From the NCBI GenBank assembly GCA_018817025.1, contig JAHIUU010000007.1:75863-139862 (forward strand): 64,000 bases of DNA, written 5' to 3'. A program made the position numbers and the translations under genes. Below, one piece after another: positions 55,312-64,000 of the stretch (position 1 is the first letter of the stretch; every line of letters begins with the position of its first letter). The DNA comes from Candidatus Babelota bacterium (GTDB lineage Bacteria > Babelota > Babeliae > Babelales > JAHIUU01). The notes beneath the pieces are model-generated. The model was not told where the DNA came from and did no database searches. It was given only the letters and a program-made list of their open reading frames with translations.

Positions 55312-56907
55312 TTAGAACGAAACGCCGGCTTTTGCCCAGAGTGAGTACCCTTCGAGGGTGTCTCGGTTGCTTGATGGGAAGTGATAGGAAATGCCGGTGC
55401 CAACCATGATAGGATAGCCCCAATATTCTTTGGAGTATCCGGTGGCGATAAACGCAGAGTTGATCACCTGAGATGGTGTTTCTGCGCCCGCATAGTTAAA
55501 CTCAGATGCGTCGATGAAACCTGTTGTATCTAATGCAAGGGTGTCTGTGCCGCCAGCAGCGTTGAAAATCGCCGTTGAATCGAACATAACTTTTGCAACG
55601 CCATATGTTTCATTTTTCCAGTCACCAGGGACACATGTGATTTTTGTGCCACACTCTGTATCACATGGATCGGCACTGGTTTCGCATGATCTTGAGCAGG
55701 TTCCGCCACTCTTGCAGCGAACTCTTTCGGCTTCTTTCCAGAACATGTTGTATCCGATGTCGAGGGTGAACCCAGCGTTGTTATAGGCAAAGGCGATTGT
55801 GCCGTCAAGTTGGCTGCCCGGTTTTACGGTGACATCAAACGTTGAGATGTTTGCCAATGGTTGAAGTCCGGCTTTGCCAGCTGTACCAACGAGGTAGTAT
55901 TGGCTCAAGAGAGGATCTTTAATGAGATTGACTTTCGATCCATCATGATACTTAAGCTCTGAAAGACCGATTGTTCTCTTTTCTGTTCCATCAAAAAGAT
56001 ATCGGTATTGTAGTGCTGCAATAATGTGAAGATCTTGATCTTCGTTTTCCCAGAGAAGGGAGCTTCCGTCTGCGCCTACGCCAACACCCCATTTGCATTC
56101 AGCTGTTCGTGCGCCCCAGAGGTATGTAGCATTAGGTTTGTTGCCTGTTGGAAGGATTAGCTCTGCGTTGATGCCAGCATGATACTTACGGCCTTCCATG
56201 AATCTCCAACCAACTTGTGCGGTGATATCGCCAAGACCGGTTTTGCTGTCAGGGCACATTTTTGCATATTTGAGTGCAGATTGTGAATCTGCAGCAGCGG
56301 CTCTGACGATTGCTTTTCCCGTGAAAAGGTCGAGGAGCTTGATCTCTTCTGTTGCAGCTGCACCGCTTACCGATCCTTCGACTTTTACACCGAGGGAGTT
56401 TTTGACATGAACGAAAGGTATGGTCATTGCGAAGAATAGCCCGTCGAGCCATTCATCAAATCTGTGGAAGTAGTCAAGCCTGATGCCATACATGGTTTGC
56501 TTAGGATCAAAGCGAAGGGTTCCGGCAAGAGGGTTTTCGCTTTGCGAGGCGTAATGAAGGAGGAGATCACTAGAAACCTGTTTTCTGGTACGAAAGAGGC
56601 CGAGGTTTATTGCGTTGGCACCGTCTGCAACAACTTGAAGAGTTTCTGTGCCGTCGGCGCCGAAGCTTCTTGCGAGATGTGATCCGTTGACCGAACGGCC
56701 ATAGAATCCTGTTGCTTCAAGGTTGCCGCCGAAAAGGTCATTAGTCTTTTTGGTTTTCATGTTGTGGAATGTGGTGTATGCGGCAACACCTTCGCGACAG
56801 ATGCGTGCCGGATTGAGATGGGTTTGATTATCTGCGACTGCTGAGCCGACTGCGACAAGAGTAACAAGCAGTCCTTTTAGACTTTTGTTCATCGATGCAT
56901 TCTCCAT
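55312..56907 (-). CDS. Putative outer-membrane beta-barrel protein, paralog 4
   Basis: Signal peptide (start may be 56892), GLGDITAQVGW...ILPTG, Cys-rich loop, C-terminal WAKAGVSF. Confidence 0.78.
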   Translation of the reverse strand: MENASMNKSLKGLLVTLVAVGSAVADNQTHLNPARICREGVAAYTTFHNMKTKKTNDLFGGNLEATGFYGRSVNGSHLARSFGADGTETLQVVADGANAINLGLFRTRKQVSSDLLLHYASQSENPLAGTLRFDPKQTMYGIRLDYFHRFDEWLDGLFFAMTIPFVHVKNSLGVKVEGSVSGAAATEEIKLLDLFTGKAIVRAAAADSQSALKYAKMCPDSKTGLGDITAQVGWRFMEGRKYHAGINAELILPTGNKPNATYLWGARTAECKWGVGVGADGSSLLWENEDQDLHIIAALQYRYLFDGTEKRTIGLSELKYHDGSKVNLIKDPLLSQYYLVGTAGKAGLQPLANISTFDVTVKPGSQLDGTIAFAYNNAGFTLDIGYNMFWKEAERVRCKSGGTCSRSCETSADPCDTECGTKITCVPGDWKNETYGVAKVMFDSTAIFNAAGGTDTLALDTTGFIDASEFNYAGAETPSQVINSAFIATGYSKEYWGYPIMVGTGISYHFPSSNRDTLEGYSLWAKAGVSF

Positions 56908-57172
56908 GGTTTTTGCCCGAATTGGGCATGCCTACTTATATGAATAACTACGAATTATGTAATTTTTAGTGTTCTATCCCCTCCTCCTTTCTTTGTGTCG
57001 TCTCGAAAATAATAGAAACACTTCTGTTAGAAGAAGCGCGCAACGCTGTTATATTAGCGGGTGTTATCGTCGAGATCAAGTATTTTTTGATGTTTTTACC
57101 CAGAAATGCGATGCTGAGGAACGTTTACACTATATGTTTGGTTTGAAAAACTAAAACTTTTTGTGAGTAGTT

Positions 57173-58024
57173 ATGCAAACAGTTTTGATACTGCTATTTT
57201 TTCAGATAGTTTTTGAATCGTTGCCGGTAAGCAGCTCGGGGCATATCTTTATTATAAAAAAGTTTTTGTCGCTATCGTTTTCTAAAAAAACGTTCGATCT
57301 TCTGGATCACATTTCGCATGGTCCAACGCTCCTGATTATTATGTTTTTGTTCCGGAATGATTGGGGTTTTTTGTTCAGAAAACTATTTCGGTTTCAGGTT
57401 GCTCGAGCTAGCTACAAGAAGCTCATTTCGCTTTTTGTGAAAATCGTTCAGATGGTTTTTGTTGTCGACTGTATCACTGCGATATTCTATATATTGATTA
57501 AGATATTATTGGCTGACAGCCGGCTGCTTTCAAGTGATATTGTTTTATGGCTTGGACTTTTGGTGACAGGCATTGGCTTGCTTTCTCTTCATTGGTTGCC
57601 CGAGCGAAATCAATACGAGTCATGGAATATGCGACAAGCAATGCTGCTTGGTTGTGTCCAGGGCCTTGCGTTGTTGCCTGGCATATCCCGCTTTGGAGCA
57701 ACCTATGTTGCCAGTCGTTGGTTTAAGCTATCGCCACGACGGGCCTTTCAAATTTCGTTTCTGATTTATGTTCCTCTGATAGCCGCTGCGTTTCTTCGCG
57801 CAGGCGTGACTATTCTTTTCAAAAAAAGCCACGAAGTTCTGCTTCTCAAGTCAGTTCTGTTTTCTTGGCAGGGATTTCTTGTTGGAGCAGTTGCAACGAT
57901 TTGCGCTTATGGTGCGCTTGCGTTGGTGCGTCAATTTGCCCACCAAAAAAAGTTCTGGAGATTTGGGTTCTATCTATTGGCGCTGGGCGTTCTGTTTCTG
58001 TTACAATCAGTACTGTTGAAATAA
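57173..58024 (+). CDS. uppP: Undecaprenyl-diphosphate phosphatase (BacA)
   Basis: ESLPVSSSGH, QGLALLPGISRFG, SFL. Confidence 0.92.
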   Translation: MQTVLILLFFQIVFESLPVSSSGHIFIIKKFLSLSFSKKTFDLLDHISHGPTLLIIMFLFRNDWGFLFRKLFRFQVARASYKKLISLFVKIVQMVFVVDCITAIFYILIKILLADSRLLSSDIVLWLGLLVTGIGLLSLHWLPERNQYESWNMRQAMLLGCVQGLALLPGISRFGATYVASRWFKLSPRRAFQISFLIYVPLIAAAFLRAGVTILFKKSHEVLLLKSVLFSWQGFLVGAVATICAYGALALVRQFAHQKKFWRFGFYLLALGVLFLLQSVLLK

Positions 58025-58062
58025 TCGGGTTTACGGGAAAAATGGGACAGAAGGAGTTTGCT

Positions 58063-60216
58063 ATGGCAAAACAAAAATATGGAAAAAATAGTTTAGAGAG
58101 CCCTATAGTTTGGGGTTTGTTGGGATACAGGCTGGAAATTATAGGTGTTCTCGTTGTCAGTTTTCTTGTTTTTCTTGCCGCCTCGGTTTTTTCTTATAGT
58201 CCAACGGACAGTTCGTGGTTTTACTTTTCTAGTGGCACCAAAGATGTTGCTAATTGGTGTGGGGTCGTTGGGGCGCATATTGCGGCCCTCTCTTTTTTTC
58301 TGTTTGGAAGCGCTAGCTTTATACTTTTGTTGTGCCTTGGCACACTCGCGTATTTTTTATTTTTTCGAGAAACGTTTATGCGTTTAGTGACGCTTCCCGT
58401 TTTGTTGCTCATCAGCGCAACGTTGTTTCGAATGCATCGACTTGATTTTATTACTCGCGAACCAGGCGGTCTAGTTGGTCGTTTTCAGGAAACAATTTTC
58501 CTAGAGGTTTTTGGGCGTGTTGGTAGTTTTCTTGTGCTTTATTCGATGGCATGGGTATGTTTTCTATTACTCGCCCAGATTTCAATAATTACTTTTTTAA
58601 AGACTGTTGGTGGTGCTGGTGCACGACTAGCAACGACAGGGGGTTTATTTCTTTTCTTTTCTTGGAAAATGTTGCTCAAAAAACTTCGGCGAAAAAAGGC
58701 CCCTGTCTATGTCGCTCGCGACGAATTTTTGTTTTTACAGAATACTGCGCAGGCTCGCGAGAAAGAACAACGTTTACACGGGCCCGTTGAACCTCTGGCG
58801 CCAGTTGAGCCTATACGTGAACCTGAGGTTTCCTACAGTCTTCCTGACTTTTCTCAATTTCAGGAGATGCGCGTGGTTAATCTCGAACGGTCGGAGTTTG
58901 AAAAAAAGTGTCGGGATCGAGGAACGAAGCTCGAAGAAAAGCTACAGCACTTCGGCGTAAAGGGTTGTGTTACGGCGATTCGCCCGGGGCCTGTCGTAAC
59001 ATTATTTGAATATAAACCTGAAATTGACAGCAAAATTAGTAAGATTATTGCGCTTGAAGACGATCTTGCGATGGCACTTACCGCTTTAAGCATTCGAATT
59101 ATTGCGCCGATTCCTGGGAGAAGTGTTGTTGGGTTTGAGATTTCGAATCAGGTTCGGCAGGATGTCTTTCTTTCAGATGTGTTGACAAGCGAATCGCAGC
59201 TGTCAAAAGAGGTGGCGTTGCCGTTGGCCTTAGGGGTTGATATTACCGGCAATCCAGAAATTCAGGATCTTGCAAAGATGCCACATGTTTTGGTTGCTGG
59301 TTCGACCGGTTCTGGTAAATCGGTTGGGTTAAACGCCATGCTTGTTTCTTTGCTGTGTCGTTTAACCCCAAACGAGCTCAAACTAATTTTAATTGACCCC
59401 AAGCGTTTAGAGTTTGCGCCATACGCAGATATCCCACATCTATTATTTCCGATTGTGACCAGCCCTCATAAGGCAATCCCGGTACTTAAGTGGGTCGTGC
59501 AAGAGATGGAGGACCGTTATGATTGCATGGCGAAAGTTGGTGCGCGTAGCATTTTTGATTACAACAAGCTTGTTCCTGAAAAGATGTCATTTATTATGAT
59601 TATGATTGACGAGCTAGCTGATTTGATGATGGTTGCCGGAAAAGATGTTGAGACGCAGATTGCTCGCACGGCTCAAATGGCGCGAGCGGCTGGGATTCAC
59701 ATGATTGTTGCAACACAGCGGCCGTCAGTTGATGTGTTGACTGGAATCATCAAGGTAAACTTTCCCGCACGAATTGCCTTTCGTGTTTCTTCGAAAATTG
59801 ATTCACGAACGATTCTTGATGGATCAGGTGCCGAGAAACTTCTTGGCAGAGGCGACATGTTATTCTTGAACTCCGGTGCGTCAGCTCCGAAGCGAGTGCA
59901 TGGTGCGTATGTTTCAAGTGCTGAAATTTCACGCTTGACTGGGTACCTGCGCAAGCAGCAAGCCGTTTCATATCTTGAGATAAACGAAGTGTTGCGGCGA
60001 GCAAGCAGTGTTAGCGCAAACGATTTTGAAGATTCTTTGTATGACGGGATAAAAAGCTTTCTTCAGACCGTCGACGAAGTATCGATATCAATGTTGCAGC
60101 GAAAGTATCGCATAGGGTTTAATCGTTCAGCAAGAATTATCGAACAGCTAGAACTTGACGGTCTTGTTGCGCCCAGCCAGGGTGGCAAGACGAGAAAAGT
60201 TTTGCGAGAGGATTAG
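58063..60216 (+). CDS. ftsK: DNA translocase FtsK
   Basis: N-terminal TMs with NWCGVVGA, PHVLVAGSTGSGKS, IDELADLMM, ATQRPSVD, gamma domain SMLQRKYRIGFNRSARI. Confidence 0.97.
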   Translation: MAKQKYGKNSLESPIVWGLLGYRLEIIGVLVVSFLVFLAASVFSYSPTDSSWFYFSSGTKDVANWCGVVGAHIAALSFFLFGSASFILLLCLGTLAYFLFFRETFMRLVTLPVLLLISATLFRMHRLDFITREPGGLVGRFQETIFLEVFGRVGSFLVLYSMAWVCFLLLAQISIITFLKTVGGAGARLATTGGLFLFFSWKMLLKKLRRKKAPVYVARDEFLFLQNTAQAREKEQRLHGPVEPLAPVEPIREPEVSYSLPDFSQFQEMRVVNLERSEFEKKCRDRGTKLEEKLQHFGVKGCVTAIRPGPVVTLFEYKPEIDSKISKIIALEDDLAMALTALSIRIIAPIPGRSVVGFEISNQVRQDVFLSDVLTSESQLSKEVALPLALGVDITGNPEIQDLAKMPHVLVAGSTGSGKSVGLNAMLVSLLCRLTPNELKLILIDPKRLEFAPYADIPHLLFPIVTSPHKAIPVLKWVVQEMEDRYDCMAKVGARSIFDYNKLVPEKMSFIMIMIDELADLMMVAGKDVETQIARTAQMARAAGIHMIVATQRPSVDVLTGIIKVNFPARIAFRVSSKIDSRTILDGSGAEKLLGRGDMLFLNSGASAPKRVHGAYVSSAEISRLTGYLRKQQAVSYLEINEVLRRASSVSANDFEDSLYDGIKSFLQTVDEVSISMLQRKYRIGFNRSARIIEQLELDGLVAPSQGGKTRKVLRED

Positions 60217-60271
60217 CCGCAGGGCGAGTCCTGCTTCTGACGCTGACGAAACAGTAGAATGGAAACCAATC

Positions 60272-61621
60272 ATGATACAGAAGTTATTACAAACAAGTAC
60301 GGTTTCAATTGATACGCGTACAATCGAGCGGGGCCAGATTTTTTTTGCGATCAAAGGTGATCGGGTTGACGGCCATGATTTTTTAGATGATGCGATTAAG
60401 AAGGGTGCCTGCGCTCTTGTCATAAACGTGTCTGCCAAAGATCGTCTTCCCAAACTTTGTTTTGATCAAAATAACGTTTCTATTATTTGCGTGCCAGATA
60501 CGGTGCGTGCGTTAGTCGAGACTGCTCGGGAGTGGCGTGGTAGGTTCGATTGTCCAATTGTTGGCATTACCGGATCGATTGGTAAGACGACAACCAAAGA
60601 GATGGTTCATTCAATCTTACGCCAGACAGATCTCTCTCATCACGTTTCTTATAAAAACCAAAACTCACTGATTGGGTTATGCCTGAACATTGTCAATATG
60701 AGACTTGGTTGTCAGGTTGCAGTGTTTGAGCTGGGAATTAGTTTGCGTGATGAGATGGAAAAGAAAGCTTCGATTTTGCGGCCGACAATTGGGATTATAA
60801 CAACGGTTGCTCATTCTCATATGGCTGGCCTAGGGGGGTTGGAAGAGATTGCCTGCGAAAAGCGCAAGATATTTACGTTTTTTGGTTCGACCGATACCGG
60901 TATAATTTGCGGTGACCAAAAATTACTCAGTGACGTATCGTATGCTCATCCAGTAATCAGCTTTGGTCTCAAGAAGAAGGACAACAACGTTCGTGCTAGT
61001 TCTATTCGTACATATAGCGAAGAAGAATCTTTTGGCGTTTGTTTTTCTTTGCATATATCGAGCGAAGAAGTGCTTGTGCGCCTTCAGACCAATCACAGGG
61101 GGCAGGTGCATAATGCGTTGGCGGCGAGCAGCGTAGCGTCTCTTCTGGGTATCGATTTACAAAAAATTGTTGATGGTTTGCAGGAGTATGCTGGCTGTGA
61201 AGGACGATTTGAGAGCCGAAAACTTCGAAAAAACCGTGGTTGGTTGATTAATGATTGCTATAACGCCAACCCAGAGAGTATGCGCGCAGCATTGCTTGCG
61301 TTTCACGAGTTGCCGGCGGAGAAGAAAATTGCGGTCCTTGGTGATATGCTTGAGCTCGGGGAGCGTGAAGTTTTTTTGCATCAGCAGGTTGGACAGGTGT
61401 TATCTCAGACGACCAGTATCAGTCAGGTTATCTTGGTTGGTGATCGGGCTAGGCACATTGCGCAGACCGCGCCAAAGTTGCTTGACATAGTATATGTTAA
61501 TGACTGGAAGCAGGCGACAACAATGTTAGAAAAGATGCTTGTAGAGCATCCTGTTAGGGTTCTGGTGAAGGCCTCCCACGCGATAGGTTTGGGAAATCTT
61601 GTTCGGCAGGTGTGTGAGTAG
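60272..61621 (+). CDS. murF: UDP-N-acetylmuramoyl-tripeptide--D-Ala-D-Ala ligase
   Basis: IDTR, DGHDF, ITGSIGKTTTKE, NDCYNANPES, LGDMLELG, LVKAS. Confidence 0.96.
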   Translation: MIQKLLQTSTVSIDTRTIERGQIFFAIKGDRVDGHDFLDDAIKKGACALVINVSAKDRLPKLCFDQNNVSIICVPDTVRALVETAREWRGRFDCPIVGITGSIGKTTTKEMVHSILRQTDLSHHVSYKNQNSLIGLCLNIVNMRLGCQVAVFELGISLRDEMEKKASILRPTIGIITTVAHSHMAGLGGLEEIACEKRKIFTFFGSTDTGIICGDQKLLSDVSYAHPVISFGLKKKDNNVRASSIRTYSEEESFGVCFSLHISSEEVLVRLQTNHRGQVHNALAASSVASLLGIDLQKIVDGLQEYAGCEGRFESRKLRKNRGWLINDCYNANPESMRAALLAFHELPAEKKIAVLGDMLELGEREVFLHQQVGQVLSQTTSISQVILVGDRARHIAQTAPKLLDIVYVNDWKQATTMLEKMLVEHPVRVLVKASHAIGLGNLVRQVCE

Positions 61622-61689
61622 AGTCTGTTTTTCCCGTTTATTGTTTTGCGAGGAAAAATTTTGTAGGGTAGATGAGAAAGGAGTGTGGG

Positions 61690-62232
61690 ATGATGAACTT
61701 AGAAGAAAACAAAAAAACGAGCGGCGGTGAGCAGTTACGGCTTGTCGAGTGCCTTTCCCATTTACCACATAAAATCTTACAGAACCATGACTTACATGGT
61801 TTGCCTCAACTCATTCTTCATGAGCTTGGCCATCATTACTGTTTCGGCCTAACACGAGCGGTTTATCTTATTGATAACCCTGATTTTGACCATCTTGTCG
61901 GTGCAGCAGGTTTTTGTCACAAGGAGTGTCAACTGCACAATCATGATTTGTGGTCAGCCCCTAACAATTTTGCAAAAGATATGAAACTTGCGACTTTTCA
62001 CAACGAGATGAGAAGGTTGGTATTGCCTAGCTTCAAGCGTAAAGATATTGACTTGCATAATGCTTCTGAAGTCAAATCGCTAGGAAGTTCTTTGGGCTTG
62101 GAGAATCCCGATTCGGTCGCGTGGGACATGAAGCATGGCAATCATGGCATTTTGCTATTTGAGTCCAGTATGGATTTTAGTTCGTGGAAACGGGAATTAT
62201 TGAAAAACGCTGTTGCGCTGCTAAGTCTTTGA
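61690..62232 (+). CDS. Hypothetical His-rich protein, possibly GAF-like
   Basis: AAGGAG RBS; FGLTRAVYLID...LVG pattern resembles GAF domains (weak). Confidence 0.6.
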   Translation: MMNLEENKKTSGGEQLRLVECLSHLPHKILQNHDLHGLPQLILHELGHHYCFGLTRAVYLIDNPDFDHLVGAAGFCHKECQLHNHDLWSAPNNFAKDMKLATFHNEMRRLVLPSFKRKDIDLHNASEVKSLGSSLGLENPDSVAWDMKHGNHGILLFESSMDFSSWKRELLKNAVALLSL

Positions 62233-63886
62233 TTGCTTGTTGCGCGATAAGCTTTACGGTCGGTTGCATAACGCCGTATTGTGGCGAATAAAAACCATTT
62301 GTCTCTGAGAAGTTGAGGCTGCTTGTGAATACGAGCAGCTTTTTTTGTTTAAGGGATAACACCCACTTGTGTGGCTTTATCTTGGTGACCGTAATTGCTG
62401 GGTGGAATAGGAGGGACCATACGAATTTCTTGGATGTCTCGTATTTGTCGTTAACGCAGAAACGGTTTTTTTCTAGCCTAATTTCTCTTATTCTATTCTG
62501 AAACGAATTTTGCACACAGACACACTCTGGTTTTGTAACAATTTTTGTGGTGTCTTGCTGTATCTGTTTTGGCAGCTGAAAAAGATCGCGAGAGATCTTT
62601 GGATTGATCACTTGTTCTGTTTCATGGTAGAACGTGTTATGCGATTGGTACGATCTCATGAGGTTGCGCCACGTCTGGTTCGAGGTGTAGACGTAGCTTC
62701 CAGGATCGACAAGAACCGGAATGCTTTTGTATGCGAGTGTTATAGAGAGCTCGTCTCGATGAAAATGTCCTGTTGGCTGGTTTGATTGATAGGTTGGATG
62801 TCGAAAGGTTATGTGCCAAGATTGTTTTTTTATTATGGTTAGCCCAAAGTTTGGATAATGGCTTAACCCGCTATCCCGTTTGCCTGCATTCTGTTCACCC
62901 CGGGTGCCCCCGCTAATAATCACCCCACTATCATTGTCGCCGATTTGCACGAACTCTTGCTCATTAATTGTGCAGAGTTCGATAAACCTTGCCATACGAT
63001 CAAGTTTTTCATAAAAAGCTTCTGGCAGATCTGTTTGGGTTGTTTTACATGCTTGCGCAAAAAGCGCGAATAACTCTGTAACAAGTTTATGATATGAAGA
63101 CGAACCTTCATAGCTTGTTCCGTCATCCTGCACCTGGTGTGCAAATTGTTCTAAAATTTTTTTAAAAATAATTTTTTTTGCTCTAGCAAAATATTTGACC
63201 TGCTCAAAAAAACAGCACAAATAAAAATAGCCGACTAAGTCAGCAATATAATGGTTGTTTGGACGGTCAGAGGTTTCCCAGTTGTGTTTGAGATAATACG
63301 CATGGTCATAGAGCGAGCAAATAAATTTTTTCCAGAACTGTTCTTCGATTCCACGTGAATTTTTATTTTTTTCGAACCAAGCGATCCAATTAATTGCCCG
63401 AATTGCGGCTTCCATTGGGCAGACCCAGTTGACGCCGATCAGGAACTTATTCTTATCAATCCATAGACTTATATCTTTGTGATCAAACTCGTGCTGAAAT
63501 CGTGATTGTTCCCATGGTTCTTTTATATCTGGGGCGTACTGATTAAGCTCTAGCTTCGTAGCGCTGCTTGGTCGAATATCCTGATAAAAAAGATTATTTT
63601 TTTGGGGCCAGGGCCTTTTGTTGAAGATAGCATGCTTGTTGGGTTGAGATAGGTTTTTACGAACGCAAAAATTATTTTTTTTGCACGCATCAAAAAACAA
63701 ACGAAAATCTTGGTTGAGCCTGTGTTTTTGCGTGATTTTTTCCCAGGCATGATTGGCTTGACGAGCGATTGCTTTACGTTTCCATCGAAGTGTAAACAGT
63801 TTTTTATTTGCTCTATGTGCTATTCGTTGCCAGGCCCCTAGGGGGCCAAGTTCTTTGATTCGTTTAAGATATCGTATTATTTGCAT
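62177..63886 (-). CDS. Heparinase II/III-like protein (alginate lyase-like domain)
   Basis: WEQSRFQH, GVNW, NNHY, DGTSYEGSSSYH, IGDND, GHFHRD, VDPGSYVY, HNT. Confidence 0.88.
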   Translation of the reverse strand: MQIIRYLKRIKELGPLGAWQRIAHRANKKLFTLRWKRKAIARQANHAWEKITQKHRLNQDFRLFFDACKKNNFCVRKNLSQPNKHAIFNKRPWPQKNNLFYQDIRPSSATKLELNQYAPDIKEPWEQSRFQHEFDHKDISLWIDKNKFLIGVNWVCPMEAAIRAINWIAWFEKNKNSRGIEEQFWKKFICSLYDHAYYLKHNWETSDRPNNHYIADLVGYFYLCCFFEQVKYFARAKKIIFKKILEQFAHQVQDDGTSYEGSSSYHKLVTELFALFAQACKTTQTDLPEAFYEKLDRMARFIELCTINEQEFVQIGDNDSGVIISGGTRGEQNAGKRDSGLSHYPNFGLTIIKKQSWHITFRHPTYQSNQPTGHFHRDELSITLAYKSIPVLVDPGSYVYTSNQTWRNLMRSYQSHNTFYHETEQVINPKISRDLFQLPKQIQQDTTKIVTKPECVCVQNSFQNRIREIRLEKNRFCVNDKYETSKKFVWSLLFHPAITVTKIKPHKWVLSLKQKKLLVFTSSLNFSETNGFYSPQYGVMQPTVKLIAQQAIKDLAAQQRFSIIPVSTN

Positions 63887-63894
63887 GGATTTGC

Positions 63895-64000
63895 CTAGTG
63901 ATTGGCGTTTGCCAGAAATGCCAGCGTTGCCCCGCCACCAGTGGAAAGAAAGCTCATTTTGCTTTCAAGTCCAAATTGAAACGTTGCAGCGACGGCGTCG
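63895..64000 (-). CDS. pgk: Phosphoglycerate kinase, 3' end (5' part outside the window)
   Basis: Hand translation DAVAATFQFGLESKMSFLSTGGGATLAFLANANH-stop matches the PGK STGGGA motif. Confidence 0.85.
   Translation of the reverse strand, partial: DAVAATFQFGLESKMSFLSTGGGATLAFLANANH

Noticed and set aside
57865-60271. Long N-terminal extensions of ftsK and murF in the ORF track
   Set aside because: They overlap upstream genes; downstream ATGs (58063, 60272) fit family N-termini better, and 58063 has a clear RBS.
999-63750. Numerous 60-190 aa ORFs antisense or out of frame within assigned genes
   Set aside because: Shadow ORFs fully overlapping well-supported genes, with no recognisable motifs.
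1-64000. Alternative genetic code
   Set aside because: Conserved genes are uninterrupted, and TAA, TAG and TGA all end genes at expected positions.

Overview
Gene-dense bacterial chromosome segment in the standard genetic code, with no rRNA, CRISPR array, prophage or transposase seen. Housekeeping content: putP (partial), rodA, sbcC-like ATPase, HU, tatD, RNase HI, tRNA-Ile2(CAU), gap, hflX, dnaE, frr-pyrH-tsf, rpmF-plsX, gltX, fabD-fabG-acpP-fabF, uppP, ftsK, murF and pgk (partial). It is interleaved with many signal-peptide-bearing orphan proteins and four paralogous beta-barrel-like envelope proteins. That pattern suggests an intracellular bacterium of eukaryotes, plausibly Dependentiae/TM6 (inference, not verified). 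Best candidate for an undescribed system: a Sec-exported, host-directed protein set. It includes (i) a Josephin/ataxin-3-like cysteine protease with two ubiquitin-interacting motifs, (ii) a protein ending in a CaaX prenylation box (CLIL), and (iii) two recurring post-cleavage N-terminal signatures (R-x-hydrophobic-x-E-I on three unrelated proteins; a Met right after the signal peptide on three others). Other highlights: an archease-RtcB-ThpR RNA repair operon, an FtsH-like protease with two tandem AAA modules, a small GIY-YIG nuclease bracketed by a dispersed palindromic repeat family, and outer-membrane paralogs with periodic Cys-rich loops. All calls come from reading motifs by eye; no database searches were run.
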